Position numbers and translations under genes: made by a program. The notes under the pieces were generated by a model. That model ran no database searches and was not told the DNA's origin. It was given only the letters and a program-made list of their open reading frames with translations. A DNA stretch of 64,000 bases from Vicinamibacteria bacterium (GTDB lineage: Bacteria > Acidobacteriota > Vicinamibacteria > Marinacidobacterales > Marinacidobacteraceae): the NCBI GenBank assembly GCA_963555995.3, contig OY821641.1:960001-1024000 (forward strand), read 5' to 3'. Of this stretch, positions 1 to 9,197 are shown piece by piece. Each line of letters begins with the position of its first letter. The stretch's first letter is position 1.

Positions 1-1
1 C

Positions 2-130
2 CCGCTGAGCCTCGCGGAATTCGGCATCCCGCCGCCCCGCTACCTCGGGGTGGGGGTGCGTGACGAAGTCCGGATCGCGGTCACCTTCGACGCCGAGATC
101 GCCGCCTCTCCTCCGGGAGCGTCGCCGTGA
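2..130 (+). CDS. 3' end of a probable YceI-family protein (runs off the window start)
   Basis: Frame 2 reads PLSLAEFGIPPPRYLGVGVRDEVRIAVTFDA..*, resembling the YceI C-terminal 'dFGI.pP...V.deV.i' pattern; its TGA overlaps the GTG of the next gene. Confidence 0.6.
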   Translation, partial: PLSLAEFGIPPPRYLGVGVRDEVRIAVTFDAEIAASPPGASP

Positions 131-1275
131 CCGCGCCGGGAGGGGGTCGCGGGCGCTGCCCCGGCGTCCTCCTGGGCGCGCTGCTGTCGGTGAGCGGGTG
201 GAGCGCCGCGCCGGCCGCCGCCGAGCCCATGTTCCTCTCGAAGCAGTACCCGCGGTGCACCGCCTGCCACTTCTCCCCCTCGGGCGGAGGACTCCTGACG
301 CCCTACGGCCGTTCGCTCTCGCGGGAGGAGATCTCGACGTTCGGCCGCCGGGACCCGGGGGCGGAGGCGGGCGCGCGGGCCGAGGAGGAGTTCCTCTTCG
401 GCGCCGTGGGCAGCGACAGCCCGCTCCAGCTCGGACTGGACTCCCGGCCCTCGCAGTTGCGGATCGAGGTCGCCGGCCGCGACCTCCCCCACCGGAATCT
501 CCTCATGAACCTGGATCTGCAGGCGGCCTGGCGGCTCGGCGACTGGACCGCCTACGGGACCGTGGGGCGGCGGCCCGGCGGCGGCGTGGTGTCGTACGAG
601 CACTGGGTCGCTGGGCGGATCTCGGACCGGGTGAGCCTGCGCGGCGGACGGTTCCTGCCGGCCTACGGAGTGCGCTTCGCGGACCACACCGCACTCTCCC
701 GCGAGCGTCTCGGGCTCGCCGAGGACGACCAGATCTACGGGGTGGAACTGGACCTGTCCTCGGATCGCTGGCTGCTCCAGGCGGCGGCCGGGCCGGGCCG
801 GGCCGAGTCGTTCGCGAACGACGACGGGAGGGCTGCCCTCACCGTGAGTGGGCGGCTGCAACGCGACCTGGGCTCCCGTACGGTGCTGGTGGGATCGGTG
901 CTCCATCGCGGCGCCTCGGAGCGGGAGGGGCGCAGCACCGCGGCGGGCGTCTCGTTCGGGCACGCCCCGGTTGCCTGGCTGGTGACCTGGGTCCAGGCGG
1001 ATGTCCGCCGCCAGGAACAGTCGCGAGGCGATCACGCCGTGATCCTCACCAACCAGACGTCGGTGGAGGCGTGGCGCGGCATCTGGCTCCGCGTCTCGCC
1101 GCAGTGGTACCGGGTCTCCGGGGAGCCGCGGGCCGAGGTCCGCAGGATGGTGTACGGGCTCGATTTCTACCCCCGCACCCATTGGCACGTGAACCTGTCC
1201 TGGTACCGGGACCGGTTCGTGTTCTCCGACCGGCTCGACACGCGACTGCTGGCGCAGTTGCACCTCTACTTGTAG
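127..1275 (+). CDS. Monoheme cytochrome c fused to an outer-membrane beta-barrel (Cyc2-like architecture)
   Basis: Signal peptide ending APAAA-EP, then PMF...CTACH...LTPYGR, followed by amphipathic beta-strands ending LHLYL. Confidence 0.65.
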   Translation: MTAPGGGRGRCPGVLLGALLSVSGWSAAPAAAEPMFLSKQYPRCTACHFSPSGGGLLTPYGRSLSREEISTFGRRDPGAEAGARAEEEFLFGAVGSDSPLQLGLDSRPSQLRIEVAGRDLPHRNLLMNLDLQAAWRLGDWTAYGTVGRRPGGGVVSYEHWVAGRISDRVSLRGGRFLPAYGVRFADHTALSRERLGLAEDDQIYGVELDLSSDRWLLQAAAGPGRAESFANDDGRAALTVSGRLQRDLGSRTVLVGSVLHRGASEREGRSTAAGVSFGHAPVAWLVTWVQADVRRQEQSRGDHAVILTNQTSVEAWRGIWLRVSPQWYRVSGEPRAEVRRMVYGLDFYPRTHWHVNLSWYRDRFVFSDRLDTRLLAQLHLYL

Positions 1276-1299
1276 GGACGCTCTGCTAATTTCGCCGTC

Positions 1300-1782
1300 A
1301 TGGCTGGCAACCGAAGGCTCCGGGTTCTGCTCCCCCTGCTCGCCGGCGTCCTCGCCGGGTGCGGTTCGTCGGATTCTCCGGCGCCCGTAGCCCCGACCAC
1401 CCCGGCGCCCGCCCCGACGCCCCCGGCCCCCGCGCCGGCTCCTCCCGCCCCCGCGCCGGAGCCCCTGACGCCCACGCTGTCGAGCATCCAGGCGCTGGTA
1501 TTCGATCCCCGCTGCGTGGACCACCACGGCGGCCACGCCGTGCAGGCCGGGCTCGACCTCAGCGAGGGGAGCTCGCACGAGGCGCTGGTGAACGTGCCCA
1601 GCACCCAGACGGCGCTGGACCTGGTCGAGCCGGGAGACGCCGAGAACAGCTACCTGCTCCACAAGATCGAAGGCCGCCCCGGCATCGTCCGGGACCCGAT
1701 GCCCCCCGGCGGGGATCCGCTCACCGAGGAAGAGATCGCGGCGATCCGGGACTGGATCAACGCGGGCGCGCTGAACGAGTGA
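1300..1782 (+). CDS. Lipoprotein with Pro-rich linker and cytochrome c-like domain (atypical CxxHH motif)
   Basis: Lipobox LAGC, PAPAP linker, CVDHHGG, GLDL, VEPGDAENSYL, MPPGG, IRDWINAGA as in planctomycete-type cytochrome c domains. Confidence 0.7.
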   Translation: MAGNRRLRVLLPLLAGVLAGCGSSDSPAPVAPTTPAPAPTPPAPAPAPPAPAPEPLTPTLSSIQALVFDPRCVDHHGGHAVQAGLDLSEGSSHEALVNVPSTQTALDLVEPGDAENSYLLHKIEGRPGIVRDPMPPGGDPLTEEEIAAIRDWINAGALNE

Positions 1783-1806
1783 ACTCGGGCGGCGCCTGGC
1801 CGCGCC

Positions 1807-2211
1807 TCAGTCGGCCGCGCGGCTTCCGAGTCGGCGGATCGGGCCCGGGTAACGCGCCACGGTGCGATCAGCGGTCAGCAGGGTGATCCCCTCGACCTGC
1901 GCCTGCGCGATCAGGAGGCGGTCGAAGGGGTCCCGGTGGATCGGCGGGAGGTGCGCGACGGCGGCAGCGTGGGCGCTGGTCACGGGGAGTTCGGTGTAGT
2001 CGTGCGCCGCGAGTCCCTGGCGCAGCTCCCGGGGATCCGGAACCGGGTCGCCGCGGCCCAGCGGAAACTTGATGGCGATCTCCCAGATGGACGCTGCGCT
2101 GAAGAACGGCTGGTTCGCCGGGTCGTCAATCAGGGCCCTGACCTGCACGGACCGCCGATCGGGCACCCCGGCGGCCCAGAGCAGGATGTGGGTATCGAGG
2201 AGGAGTCTCAC
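1807..2211 (-). CDS. vapC: VapC-family PIN toxin
   Basis: LLLDTHILLW, SAASIWEIAIK, HRDPFDRLLIAQA, LLTAD; start overlaps the antitoxin stop. Confidence 0.93.
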   Translation of the reverse strand: MRLLLDTHILLWAAGVPDRRSVQVRALIDDPANQPFFSAASIWEIAIKFPLGRGDPVPDPRELRQGLAAHDYTELPVTSAHAAAVAHLPPIHRDPFDRLLIAQAQVEGITLLTADRTVARYPGPIRRLGSRAAD

Positions 2212-2489
2212 TCCTCCTTTCCCTCCTCGTACTCCTCGTCGAGGACGCCCTTGTACTTGCCCTCGAACATCGCCTGGATCTCGTCGGCCATCATCGTGTC
2301 GAAATCGTCGGGAACCTCGAACCGGCCGTCCAGGAACCCGAGTCGACTCTTCCTTGGTGTGGGCTCCAGCGCCGTCACCCGCACCAGCGGCTTTCCGGCG
2401 CGGGCGATGACGAAGGGTTCCCCGTTCGCGGCGTCTCGCACGAGGCGGGAGAGGTGGGTCTTGGCTTCGTGCATGTTCACGGTGCGCAT
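2208..2489 (-). CDS. Phd/YefM-family antitoxin
   Basis: MRTVNMHEAKTHLSRLV...GEPFVIARAGKPLVRV; GAGGAGG RBS upstream of ATG 2489. Confidence 0.93.
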   Translation of the reverse strand: MRTVNMHEAKTHLSRLVRDAANGEPFVIARAGKPLVRVTALEPTPRKSRLGFLDGRFEVPDDFDTMMADEIQAMFEGKYKGVLDEEYEEGKEE

Positions 2490-2631
2490 CGGCGGGCCTC
2501 CTCGGTTAGTCCACTCCACTTAGTCTAGCAGTCGAAACCCGGACGGATCTCCCCCGGAAGTCGTGGTGTACTCTCGCTCGTTCGCCGGTCGGCGGCCGCC
2601 TGCGGGCCGCGCGGCGAGGGAGGCGAGACCC

Positions 2632-5600
2632 ATGTTTCATCCACGCTCATCGTTCCGGGCCGGCTGCCTGCGGCTCCTGATCGCCTGCTTGGCGGCGCCG
2701 CTGTTCGCCGCCGCGCCGGCCGCTTCCCAGACCGCCGAACAGGTCGAGTCCATCCTGAACCGGATCGAGTGGCGGAACATCGGCCCGGCCATCATGGGGG
2801 GGCGCATTGACGACATCGCGGTCGTCGAGTCCGACCCCAAGGTGTTCTGGGTGGGCACCGCCTCGGCGGGGGTCTGGAAGACCGAGAACCACGGGGTCAC
2901 CTGGATTCCGCAGTTCCAGGACGAGGAGGTGTCCTCGATCGGCTCCATCGCGGTGGCGGCGTCCGACCCGTCCGTGGTCTGGGTGGGCACCGGGGAACCC
3001 GCGAACCGGCAGAGCAGTTCGTGGGGGAACGGGGTGTACGTATCCACCGACGGCGGGACCACCTGGACCCACAAGGGGCTCGAGGACACGCACCACATCG
3101 GCCGCGTCCTCGTGCATCCGACCGATCCCGGCACGGTGTACGTCGCGGCGCTCGGCCATCTGTGGGGTCCGAACGAGGAGCGCGGCGTCTTCCGCACCCG
3201 CGACGGCGGGGAGACCTGGGAGCGGGTGCTCTACGGCGACGAGAACACCGGCGCGGTGGAACTCGCCATGGACCCGGAGAGTCCGGACACCCTCTACGCC
3301 GCGCTCTACCAGCGCCGGCGGCGGGCCTACGGGTTCGCGGGCGGTGGTCCGGGCAGCGGCATCCACCGCACCACCGACGGCGGGGACACCTGGACGAAGC
3401 TCGGCGGCGGCCTGCCCGAGGGGGACACCGGACGGATCGGCCTGAACGTCTATCGCCGGGATCCGCGGGTGGTCTATGCCATCGTCGAGAACGCCGAAGG
3501 CGGGGTGTTCCGGTCCGAGGACAAGGGACTCACCTGGGAGCGGATGAGCGACACGAACCCGCGCCCCATGTACTACAGCCAGATCCGCATTGACCCCAAC
3601 AACGACCAGCGCATCTGGGTGCTGGGGACCCAGATGTACTACTCCCAGGACGGCGGGCGGACGTTCGCCACCGACTGGGTGCAGCGCATCCACGTGGACC
3701 ACCACGCACTGTGGATTGATCCCGCCGACTCGAACCACATGGTGCTCGGGAACGACGGCGGCATCCACATCTCGTGGGACCGGGGCCGGAGCTGGGACTT
3801 CGTGAACACCATCGCGCTGGGCCAGTTCTACGAGATCGGCCACGACATGGGCACGCCCTACATGGTCTATGGCGGCCTCCAGGACAACGGGAGCTGGGGC
3901 GCGCCGTCGCGCACCTTCTTCCGGCAGGGGATCAGCAACGAGGACTGGTTCCGGATCGGGGGCGGGGACGGCTTCTACACCGAGGCGATCCCCGGCGACC
4001 CGGACACCGTGTACGTGGAGTCCCAGAACGGCAACCTGCGGCGGCTGAACCGCCGGACGTCCGAGACCAAGCTGATCCGCCCGCAGCCCGAGAACGGGAG
4101 CGAGCGCTACCGCTTCGACTGGAACAGCCCCATCGTGATCTCGCCGCACGACCCGGACACCGTCTATTACGGCGGGAACCGGCTCTTCATCTCGGAGAAC
4201 CGGGGCGACGCCTGGACCCGCACCGACGACCTGACGAAGCGCCTCGACCGCGACGAGCTGCCCATCATGGACGTCCCGGTGACCGAGGACACGCTCTCGC
4301 GCCACGACGGGATCTCGAGTTTCGGCCAGATCGTGACCATCGCCGTCTCCTCGCTGGAGGAGGGCGTCCTCTACGTCGGGGCCGACGACGGCAACCTGCA
4401 GCGGAGCCGGGACGGCGGCGCAACCTGGGACGACCTGACCGGGAACCTGCCGGGGGTGCCGGACCAGACCTACGTGACCCGGCTGATCGCCTCGGCGCAT
4501 TCGGCGTCGCGGGTGTACGTCACGCTGGACGGCCACCGGAACGACGACTACGCCACCTACGTCTTCCGGAGCGACGACTACGGAGACAGCTTCGACTCCC
4601 TGGCGGCGACGCTCCCGCCGGAGGCCGCGCTGAACGTGATCCGGGAGCACCACGCGAACGAGGACTTCCTGGTGGCCGGCGGCGAGTTCGGGGTGTACGT
4701 GACCCTCGACCGGGGGGAGAACTGGTACCGGATCGGGGGCCAGATCCCGACGGTGCCGGTGGACGACCTCGCGATCCATCCGCGCGAGAACGACCTGATC
4801 CTCGGCACCCACGGCCGGAGCATCTGGATCGCCGACGACATCGCGCCGCTGACTACCCTCGACGCGTCCGTCTTCGAGAAGGACCTCCACCTCTTCCCGG
4901 TGCGGGACGCTGTCGCCTGGCGCATCTATACCCACAAGGGGAACACCGGCCACAAGTTCTTCATCGCCGAGAACCCGCCCGAGGGCGCGCTGCTCCACAT
5001 CTACGCGAAGGCGGCGGGGGAGGCCGAGATCACGGTCGGCGCGGCGGGCGGCGACGCGGTCCGCACCCTGAAGGCGGAGCTTGAACCGGGGCTCAACCGG
5101 GTGAACTGGGACCTCCGCCACGACTCCCCGGTTCCCGACGGCGGCCAGGGCTTCGGCGGGCCGCCGCGCGGTCCGCGCGTGCTTCCCGGGGCGTACACGG
5201 TGCGGGTCGCCAGCGGGGAGGCCTCGGCGGAGGGATCGGTGCAGGTGTCGGAGGACCCCCGCATCCGGATTCCGGAGGCCGAGCGCCGCGCCAACCACGA
5301 CGCGCTGGTGCGCCTGACCGGGATGATCGCCGGGATGACGAAGGCCCACGCGGCGGCGGAGGCCACCGCCGAGGAGGCGGGGGAACTGGTCGAGGCGTTC
5401 GCGTCCGAACCGGACAGCGACCTGAAGACCCGGGTCGGGGAGTTCCACGAGGCCGCCGCCGAGGCGGCGAAGAACCTCTCGCGGAACGAGGGGCGCCGGG
5501 GATTCCGCGCCTGGCCGAGGCCGCTCTTCGCCCGCATCGGGGCCGAGGCCCGGAACCTCGACGCCTACACCGAGGCCCCGAACGCCGAGGTCGTCGCCCG

Positions 5601-5733
5601 GATTGATTCGTTCGCCGCCGAGTACGACGAGCGGATCGCCGCCTGGGAGGCGGTCCGGGGCCGGATCGCCGCCCTGAACGAGGCGCTCCGCGGCCAGGGT
5701 CCGCCGCGCCTGACGCCGCGTCCGGGCATGTGA
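2632..5733 (+). CDS. Secreted VPS10/BNR-repeat (sortilin-like beta-propeller) protein
   Basis: Signal peptide, WRNIGPAIMGGRI, many S/TxDGGxTW Asp-boxes, GGLQDNG, GTHGRSIW; GGGAGG RBS before ATG 2632. Confidence 0.88.
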   Translation: MFHPRSSFRAGCLRLLIACLAAPLFAAAPAASQTAEQVESILNRIEWRNIGPAIMGGRIDDIAVVESDPKVFWVGTASAGVWKTENHGVTWIPQFQDEEVSSIGSIAVAASDPSVVWVGTGEPANRQSSSWGNGVYVSTDGGTTWTHKGLEDTHHIGRVLVHPTDPGTVYVAALGHLWGPNEERGVFRTRDGGETWERVLYGDENTGAVELAMDPESPDTLYAALYQRRRRAYGFAGGGPGSGIHRTTDGGDTWTKLGGGLPEGDTGRIGLNVYRRDPRVVYAIVENAEGGVFRSEDKGLTWERMSDTNPRPMYYSQIRIDPNNDQRIWVLGTQMYYSQDGGRTFATDWVQRIHVDHHALWIDPADSNHMVLGNDGGIHISWDRGRSWDFVNTIALGQFYEIGHDMGTPYMVYGGLQDNGSWGAPSRTFFRQGISNEDWFRIGGGDGFYTEAIPGDPDTVYVESQNGNLRRLNRRTSETKLIRPQPENGSERYRFDWNSPIVISPHDPDTVYYGGNRLFISENRGDAWTRTDDLTKRLDRDELPIMDVPVTEDTLSRHDGISSFGQIVTIAVSSLEEGVLYVGADDGNLQRSRDGGATWDDLTGNLPGVPDQTYVTRLIASAHSASRVYVTLDGHRNDDYATYVFRSDDYGDSFDSLAATLPPEAALNVIREHHANEDFLVAGGEFGVYVTLDRGENWYRIGGQIPTVPVDDLAIHPRENDLILGTHGRSIWIADDIAPLTTLDASVFEKDLHLFPVRDAVAWRIYTHKGNTGHKFFIAENPPEGALLHIYAKAAGEAEITVGAAGGDAVRTLKAELEPGLNRVNWDLRHDSPVPDGGQGFGGPPRGPRVLPGAYTVRVASGEASAEGSVQVSEDPRIRIPEAERRANHDALVRLTGMIAGMTKAHAAAEATAEEAGELVEAFASEPDSDLKTRVGEFHEAAAEAAKNLSRNEGRRGFRAWPRPLFARIGAEARNLDAYTEAPNAEVVARIDSFAAEYDERIAAWEAVRGRIAALNEALRGQGPPRLTPRPGM

Positions 5734-5776
5734 GTTAATCGCCGGTCCGGACTTCCCTTCCAGGAGAACCCAGCCC

Positions 5777-7501
5777 ATGTCCCGTCTGCTCGACAAGAAC
5801 CTCAGCCGCGCCGAATTCCTGAAGCTCTCGGGCGCCGCCGCCGCTTCCGGTCTCGCGACCGCCTGCGGTGCGGGCGGGGGCTCGGCGAGCCCGCAGATGA
5901 TCGTCCACAACGCCCGGGTGTACACCTCGGAATACAGCGAGGGCCGCGAGACCATGGACCAGGCCCAGGCGCTCGCCGTGAACCACGGCAAGTTCGTGGC
6001 GGTGGGTTCGAACGAGGACGTGCTGAACCTCGCCGGACCGGGAACCGAGGTGGTGGACGCCGGCGGGATGACGGTCGTGCCGGGGTTCATTGACGCCCAC
6101 TGCCACCCCGGCGGGATGCGGGACCTCTTCGAGGTGAACCTCGACGTCCGCACCATCGAGGACATCAAGATGGCGATCCGCGCCGCCGCCGCCGACACCC
6201 GACCCGGCTACTGGGTGGACGGGTTCAAGTACGACGACACCAAGGTCACCGACGAGAACGGCCAGTACCGCCGGATCACCCGGCACGACCTGGACGAGGC
6301 GACGACCGACGTTCCCGTGCGCGTCTCGCACCGGGGCGGCCACATCTACTGGTACAACTCGAAGGCCTTCGAGATGGCGGGCATCACGAAGGACGTGGCC
6401 GATCCGCCGGGCGGCCGGTTCGAGAAGGACGCGGCCGGGGAACTGACCGGGCTCGTCGAGGAGAAGGCCGACGAGGTCTTCGACGGGATCGGGCAGCGCC
6501 GGGTGTACGGCCGCGCCGAGTTCCAGCAGGGCGTCGCCCACATGTCCATGCTGATGACCGCCGCCGGGATCACCAGCGTGCACCAGACCGGCGGCGACTC
6601 CGACGGCCTCCTCGCCCTCGAGGACGCCTATGCCGCCGGCGAACTCCGCTACCGGATGTACTACTTCGCCTCCGCGGACTCCGACCTGCACCGCGGACTG
6701 AAGGAAGCCAAGATCCACCGCGGCTTCGGCAACGAGTGGCTCCGGATCGGGGCGATCAAGTACGGCGCCGACGGCTCCGCCTCGGGCCGCACCATGTACA
6801 TGAGCACGCCGTACGAGGGCACCGACGACCACGGCATCCTCACCATGACCCCCGAGGAGATCATGGAGGCGGTCGAGGACTCCCACGCGCACGACTTCCA
6901 CATCGGGATCCACGCGAACGGCGACCTGACCATCGGCTACGTGCTCGACGCCTACGAGAAGGTGCTCGCCGAAGCGCCGCGGGACGCCCGGCACCGCATC
7001 GAGCACTGCTCGCTGGTGAACCCGGAGCTGCTCCAGCGGATCCACGACTCCGGTTCGATTCCCACCCCGTTCTGGACCTACGTCCACTACCACGGGAACA
7101 AGTGGGTGGAGTACGGCGAGGAGAAGATGCGGTGGATGTTCGCCCACAAGTCCTTCCTCGACTACGACATCAAGGTGGCGGGCGCCTCCGACTACGTGCC
7201 GGGCCCCTACGAGCCGATGATGGCGCTCCAGGCCATGGTGACCCGCAAGGACACCCAGGGCCGGATCTGGGGCGACAACCAGAAGGTCACGATGGACGAG
7301 GCGCTCCGCATCGGCACCATCAACGGCGCCTGGGCCTCCTTCGAGGAGGACATCAAGGGCAGCATCAGGATCGGCAAGCTCGCCGACTTCGTGATGCTCG
7401 AGCAGGACCCCCACGACGTCGCCACCGACGACCCGGACCAGCTCAAGCACATCCCCATCCACCGCACCGTAGTCGGCGGCAAGACCATGTTCCAGGCCTG
7501 A
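5777..7501 (+). CDS. Amidohydrolase 3 (YtcJ-like) metal-dependent hydrolase, probable exported lipoprotein
   Basis: PGFIDAHCH, IHANGD, RHRIEHCS, GSIRIGKLADFV; Tat-like SRAEFLK and LATAC leader. Confidence 0.9.
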   Translation: MSRLLDKNLSRAEFLKLSGAAAASGLATACGAGGGSASPQMIVHNARVYTSEYSEGRETMDQAQALAVNHGKFVAVGSNEDVLNLAGPGTEVVDAGGMTVVPGFIDAHCHPGGMRDLFEVNLDVRTIEDIKMAIRAAAADTRPGYWVDGFKYDDTKVTDENGQYRRITRHDLDEATTDVPVRVSHRGGHIYWYNSKAFEMAGITKDVADPPGGRFEKDAAGELTGLVEEKADEVFDGIGQRRVYGRAEFQQGVAHMSMLMTAAGITSVHQTGGDSDGLLALEDAYAAGELRYRMYYFASADSDLHRGLKEAKIHRGFGNEWLRIGAIKYGADGSASGRTMYMSTPYEGTDDHGILTMTPEEIMEAVEDSHAHDFHIGIHANGDLTIGYVLDAYEKVLAEAPRDARHRIEHCSLVNPELLQRIHDSGSIPTPFWTYVHYHGNKWVEYGEEKMRWMFAHKSFLDYDIKVAGASDYVPGPYEPMMALQAMVTRKDTQGRIWGDNQKVTMDEALRIGTINGAWASFEEDIKGSIRIGKLADFVMLEQDPHDVATDDPDQLKHIPIHRTVVGGKTMFQA

Positions 7502-7524
7502 CGCGCGCCCGCAGCGCCGCCGGC

Positions 7525-7572
7525 TTGGAACGCCGGTCTCCAGACCGGCACGCGCGGCGCTCCGCGCCGCGC
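7525..7572 (+). repeat. REP-like two-hairpin repeat
   Basis: TTGGAAC-GCCGGTCT-CC-AGACCGGC-A followed by a GCGCGGCG...CGCCGCGC hairpin. Confidence 0.85.
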
Positions 7573-7660
7573 ACGTCGCAATCCCCACCCAGCCGCACGG
7601 CGCACCCGGCCCGGAGCGCGGCTCCGCCCGACCCATCGGGGCCGGTAACGATTTGAGGCG

Positions 7661-7681
7661 TGCAATGGCGTGCATTACTGT
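7661..7681 (+). promoter_or_regulatory. Putative -10 box and operator of the RHH/RelE TA operon
   Basis: TACTGT 7676-7681 lies 7 nt before ATG 7689 and overlaps the imperfect inverted repeat GCAATG-N5-CATTAC. Confidence 0.45.
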
Positions 7682-7688
7682 GAAGTCA

Positions 7689-7940
7689 ATGACAGTGCCA
7701 AGGGTCGTCCCGTCGGTGCAGATCACGGCACGCCTCCCCACTCCGACTCTGGAACTGCTGGACCGCGCCGCCGCTGACCTGAAACGCAGCCGGGCGGAGA
7801 TCGTCCGCCAGGCGATCGAGTACTACCTTGAAGACTTCGACGACCTCACGGTCGCGGTGGAACGACTCCGCGATCCGGGAGACCCGGTGCTCGACTGGGA
7901 TGAGGTGAGGCGTGGTCTATTCGATTCGGATTCAACGTAG
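7689..7940 (+). CDS. Ribbon-helix-helix (CopG-type) antitoxin
   Basis: QITARLP..LDRAAADLKRSRAEIVRQAIEYYLEDFDD...LDWDEV; directly upstream of a RelE gene. Confidence 0.88.
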   Translation: MTVPRVVPSVQITARLPTPTLELLDRAAADLKRSRAEIVRQAIEYYLEDFDDLTVAVERLRDPGDPVLDWDEVRRGLFDSDST

Positions 7941-8202
7941 CGCCGCGGAGGAGCTGCAGCGAATCCCGGCCGCCGACGGGCAGAGGGTGGCGGCGGCCAT
8001 TGACGACCTGGCTCGCCGACCCTGGCAGGGGCGCGTCCTGAAGGGCGGGCTGCGTGGCCTCCGCCGGGTTCGCGTCGGGCGCTATCGAGTGATCTACGAA
8101 ATTCAGGACGAAACGCTGATCGTGCTCATCGTGCGGTTTGGAGCCCGGGACAGGGCTTATCGCGCAGCTGTTGACGCGAGCGAAACCGGCGGCGCGGGCT
8201 GA
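7912..8202 (+). CDS. RelE/ParE-family toxin
   Basis: YSIRIQRSAAEEL...LKG...RRVRVGRYRVIYEI.D..LIVLIVRFG.R. Confidence 0.9.
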   Translation: MVYSIRIQRSAAEELQRIPAADGQRVAAAIDDLARRPWQGRVLKGGLRGLRRVRVGRYRVIYEIQDETLIVLIVRFGARDRAYRAAVDASETGGAG

Positions 8203-8230
8203 CTGCCGGATGCGGTATCCGGGGACCGCG

Positions 8231-8683
8231 CTACCCCTTCGCGCGGAGCTTCGCCGCGATGAACGCCGGGTGCTCCACGTGGAGCAGCGTCGCCACCTTG
8301 CGGATGACTTGTTCTTCCTCACCCGCGAGCCAGCCGTCCGCGAACGCGACCCGGAACAGCAGTTCGATGATGGTCGCCTTGTGCTCCCGGGAGAGACTCC
8401 GGTCCACGAGGCGGGTGAACTCGTAGAGCGAGACCGCCTCGGACGACCGCTGGCCGGCGATTTCAACGATCTCCGCCGTTTCGTCGGCGCTCAGCGCGAA
8501 CGCCGACTCGATGCTCCGGACGATCTCGCGGCTCTCCCGCTCGTCCACGTCATGATCGGCGGCCGAGACCTCGAGGAGAAGCACCGCCGTAGCGATCTGC
8601 ACGTCCCGCGGCGAGGGCGGCGGGGGAGGGGAGCTGTCGGGGCGGCGGCGCCCGCCGCTCACCAGATCGCTGATCCAGCCCAT
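8231..8683 (-). CDS. TerB-family protein
   Basis: ATAVLLLEVSAADHDVDERE, SLYEFTRLV, LFRVAFADG...EEQVIRKVATLL. Confidence 0.88.
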   Translation of the reverse strand: MGWISDLVSGGRRRPDSSPPPPPSPRDVQIATAVLLLEVSAADHDVDERESREIVRSIESAFALSADETAEIVEIAGQRSSEAVSLYEFTRLVDRSLSREHKATIIELLFRVAFADGWLAGEEEQVIRKVATLLHVEHPAFIAAKLRAKG

Positions 8684-8758
8684 TCCTGACCTCCCGGCCC
8701 GCGCCTGCGGACTGTCGACTCCAAACGGGATTCCCCATGCTGACGGGGCGCTGGCCCG

Positions 8759-8807
8759 GGAACGCCGGTGTTCACACCGGCACCGCCCGCCGGAGGCGGG
8801 CGAAACG
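8759..8807 (+). repeat. REP-like two-hairpin repeat
   Basis: GGAAC-GCCGGTGT-TC-ACACCGGC-A, then CGCCCGCC-GGA-GGCGGGCG-AAAC. Confidence 0.8.
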
Positions 8808-8924
8808 TGCGGTGATTCTCGCCTTCAAAGCCGGCTGCCGGAATTCGGCGGGGTCTCCGAGCATGAGAGTTGCCGGCTGACGGTGACGGTTGCCGCCCAC
8901 GCACCTCCGCGTCCAACGACTCAC
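8772..8924 (-). pseudogene. Probable internally deleted PIN-toxin remnant
   Basis: GTG overlaps the antitoxin TGA (GTGA); 50-codon frame VSRW...ATLMLGDPAEFRQPAL resembles only the PIN C-terminal 'a.L.T.n..dF..p.l' motif. Confidence 0.45.
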
Positions 8925-9160
8925 CCGACTCGTCTCGGGTCGGATCGGCGTCCCGCTCGGACCCACGCTGCTGGGTCCTCGTCCCATTCGTGTCCCGTGT
9001 CCGGAATGCTCCCCGCCGCCCGTCCGATGAGATTCCACCGGTGGTGGTGTTCGACGGCGGACTGCAAAGCCTGCCTGACGAACTCGCTGCGCCGACCGCG
9101 CCCGGCGATGGCGTCCACCCGGGCCACGAGCGCTTCGTCAAGGTGAAGGTGTATACGCAC
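8921..9160 (-). CDS. RHH/CopG-type antitoxin (79 aa)
   Basis: VRIHLHLDEALVARVDAIAGRGRRSEFVRQAL...DPAAWVR; TATCTT -10-like box 7 nt before GTG 9160. Confidence 0.75.
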   Translation of the reverse strand: MRIHLHLDEALVARVDAIAGRGRRSEFVRQALQSAVEHHHRWNLIGRAAGSIPDTGHEWDEDPAAWVRAGRRSDPRRVG

Positions 9161-9197
9161 CGGCCGAAAGATACCCGAGGCGGACCAGCCCGACGCC

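Noticed and set aside
2647-6198. Very long antisense ORFs (also 16910-19405, 26092-28599, 54740-57748 and others)
   Set aside because: Shadow frames opposite clear genes, expected in high-GC DNA with few stop codons; no protein motifs
8231-8683. Tellurite-resistance or defence ter operon
   Set aside because: A lone TerB-family gene with host-like composition and no other ter genes
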